Of a stretch of 44,400 bases of DNA, positions 43,786 to 44,400 are shown piece after piece; the first letter of the stretch is position 1, and every line of letters begins with the position of its first letter. The notes beneath the pieces were generated by a model that was not told the origin of the DNA, did no database searches, and worked only from the letters and a program-made list of their open reading frames with translations. The position numbers and the translations under genes were made by a program. The stretch lies in the sequence record PV296021.1. One strand, 5' to 3'. The stretch comes from Enterococcus phage fHoEfm07.

Positions 43786-44400
43786 ATGAAAAACAATGAT
43801 GAAATGATCGGATCAAAGGAAATAAAGATCGTTCCGATTGATCTCGTGATCCCTTACGAAGAAAATCCACGCTTGAATGATAAGGCGGTGGAGTACGTGA
43901 AGAATTCAATCAAACAATTCAAATTTGCACAGCCGATCGCAGTCGATAAAGATGGCGTGATCATTGCAGGGCATACGAGATATAGAGCATCGAAAGAATT
44001 AGGCTTGAAAAGCGTGCCGGTGGTCGTATTGGACTATTTAACCGATGAAGAAGTAAAGGCTTATCGATTGGCAGATAACAAAGTGGCCGAATTTGCTGAT
44101 TGGGATTTTGAAAAGCTGAATTTGGAACTAGACAGCTTATTAGATACAGAAATCAGCATGGAAGATTTTGGCTTTGCATTCAATACAGAATTAGAGTTCG
44201 AAGACGAAGAAGAGCAGGAAGCATCGGAAATGATACAGATCAAATTTGCATTAGCACCAGAGCAAGCCGAGATCATGGAAGGCGTGTTCCAGTTATTAGA
44301 ACCGAACTCGAAGACATATGGCAACGAAGATCAATTGGGAAACAAGTTCTTTTCATTAGCGGAACAGTGGGCTAAGATGAAGCAGGAAGCGAGGGGATCA
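43786..44400 (+). CDS. ParB-like nuclease domain protein (3' end beyond the window); possibly the N-terminal domain of a DNA methyltransferase-type protein
   Basis: RBS AAGAAAGGAGAAAGGAC. N-terminal IVPIDLVIPYEENPRLNDKAVEYVKNSIKQFKFAQPIAVDKDGVIIAGHTRYRASKELGL matches the ParB/Srx fold signature. No stop before the window end. Start counted by hand. Confidence 0.5.
   Translation, partial: MKNNDEMIGSKEIKIVPIDLVIPYEENPRLNDKAVEYVKNSIKQFKFAQPIAVDKDGVIIAGHTRYRASKELGLKSVPVVVLDYLTDEEVKAYRLADNKVAEFADWDFEKLNLELDSLLDTEISMEDFGFAFNTELEFEDEEEQEASEMIQIKFALAPEQAEIMEGVFQLLEPNSKTYGNEDQLGNKFFSLAEQWAKMKQEARGS

Overview
The whole window reads as a tailed-phage genome (siphovirus-like, low-GC Gram-positive host style: GGAGG-type RBSs, amidase endolysin plus holin, ERF/RecU/DnaD-like replication genes). 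Every credible gene is on the + strand. The order is: terminase small and large subunits, portal, minor head protein, a ~430-bp non-coding island with an internal promoter, an S78-like prohead protease fused to a scaffold-like tail, major capsid, head-tail joining genes, major tail protein, tail chaperone G and G-T (-1 frameshift), a 2066-aa tape measure with two peptidoglycan-hydrolase domains, Dit, Tal, a 1951-aa receptor-binding protein with collagen-like and tandem-duplicated modules, and a four-gene lysis cassette (two membrane proteins, holin, Amidase_3 endolysin). After the lysis cassette, on the same strand, comes a moron-like early locus: strong promoter with a palindromic operator, a 149-aa gene, a terminator, a 71-aa gene and an XRE-family HTH gene. 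A recombination/replication module follows: ERF single-strand annealing protein, DUF1351-like protein, HNH protein, replisome organizer with internal 15-bp iterons, DnaC-like loader, zinc-ribbon proteins, RecU-like resolvase, phi11-type dimeric dUTPase and many small ORFs. The window ends in a 3'-truncated ParB-like nuclease-domain gene. No integrase, CI-type repressor, tRNA, CRISPR array or reverse transcriptase was seen, so this looks like a virulent phage or the non-lysogeny part of one. Recurrent non-coding signals that the genes do not explain: an extended -10 TGaTAnAAT used by several promoters; a 14-bp inverted repeat GTTTCA-N2-TGAAAC present four times, three of them immediately upstream of an RBS; two about 80%-identical promoter/operator cassettes ~3.2 kb apart built from TTGYRCAA palindromes; and 12-bp perfect palindromes in the terS-terL gap and in the moron promoter. 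Fine coordinates of small motifs were counted by hand and may be off by 1-2 nt.
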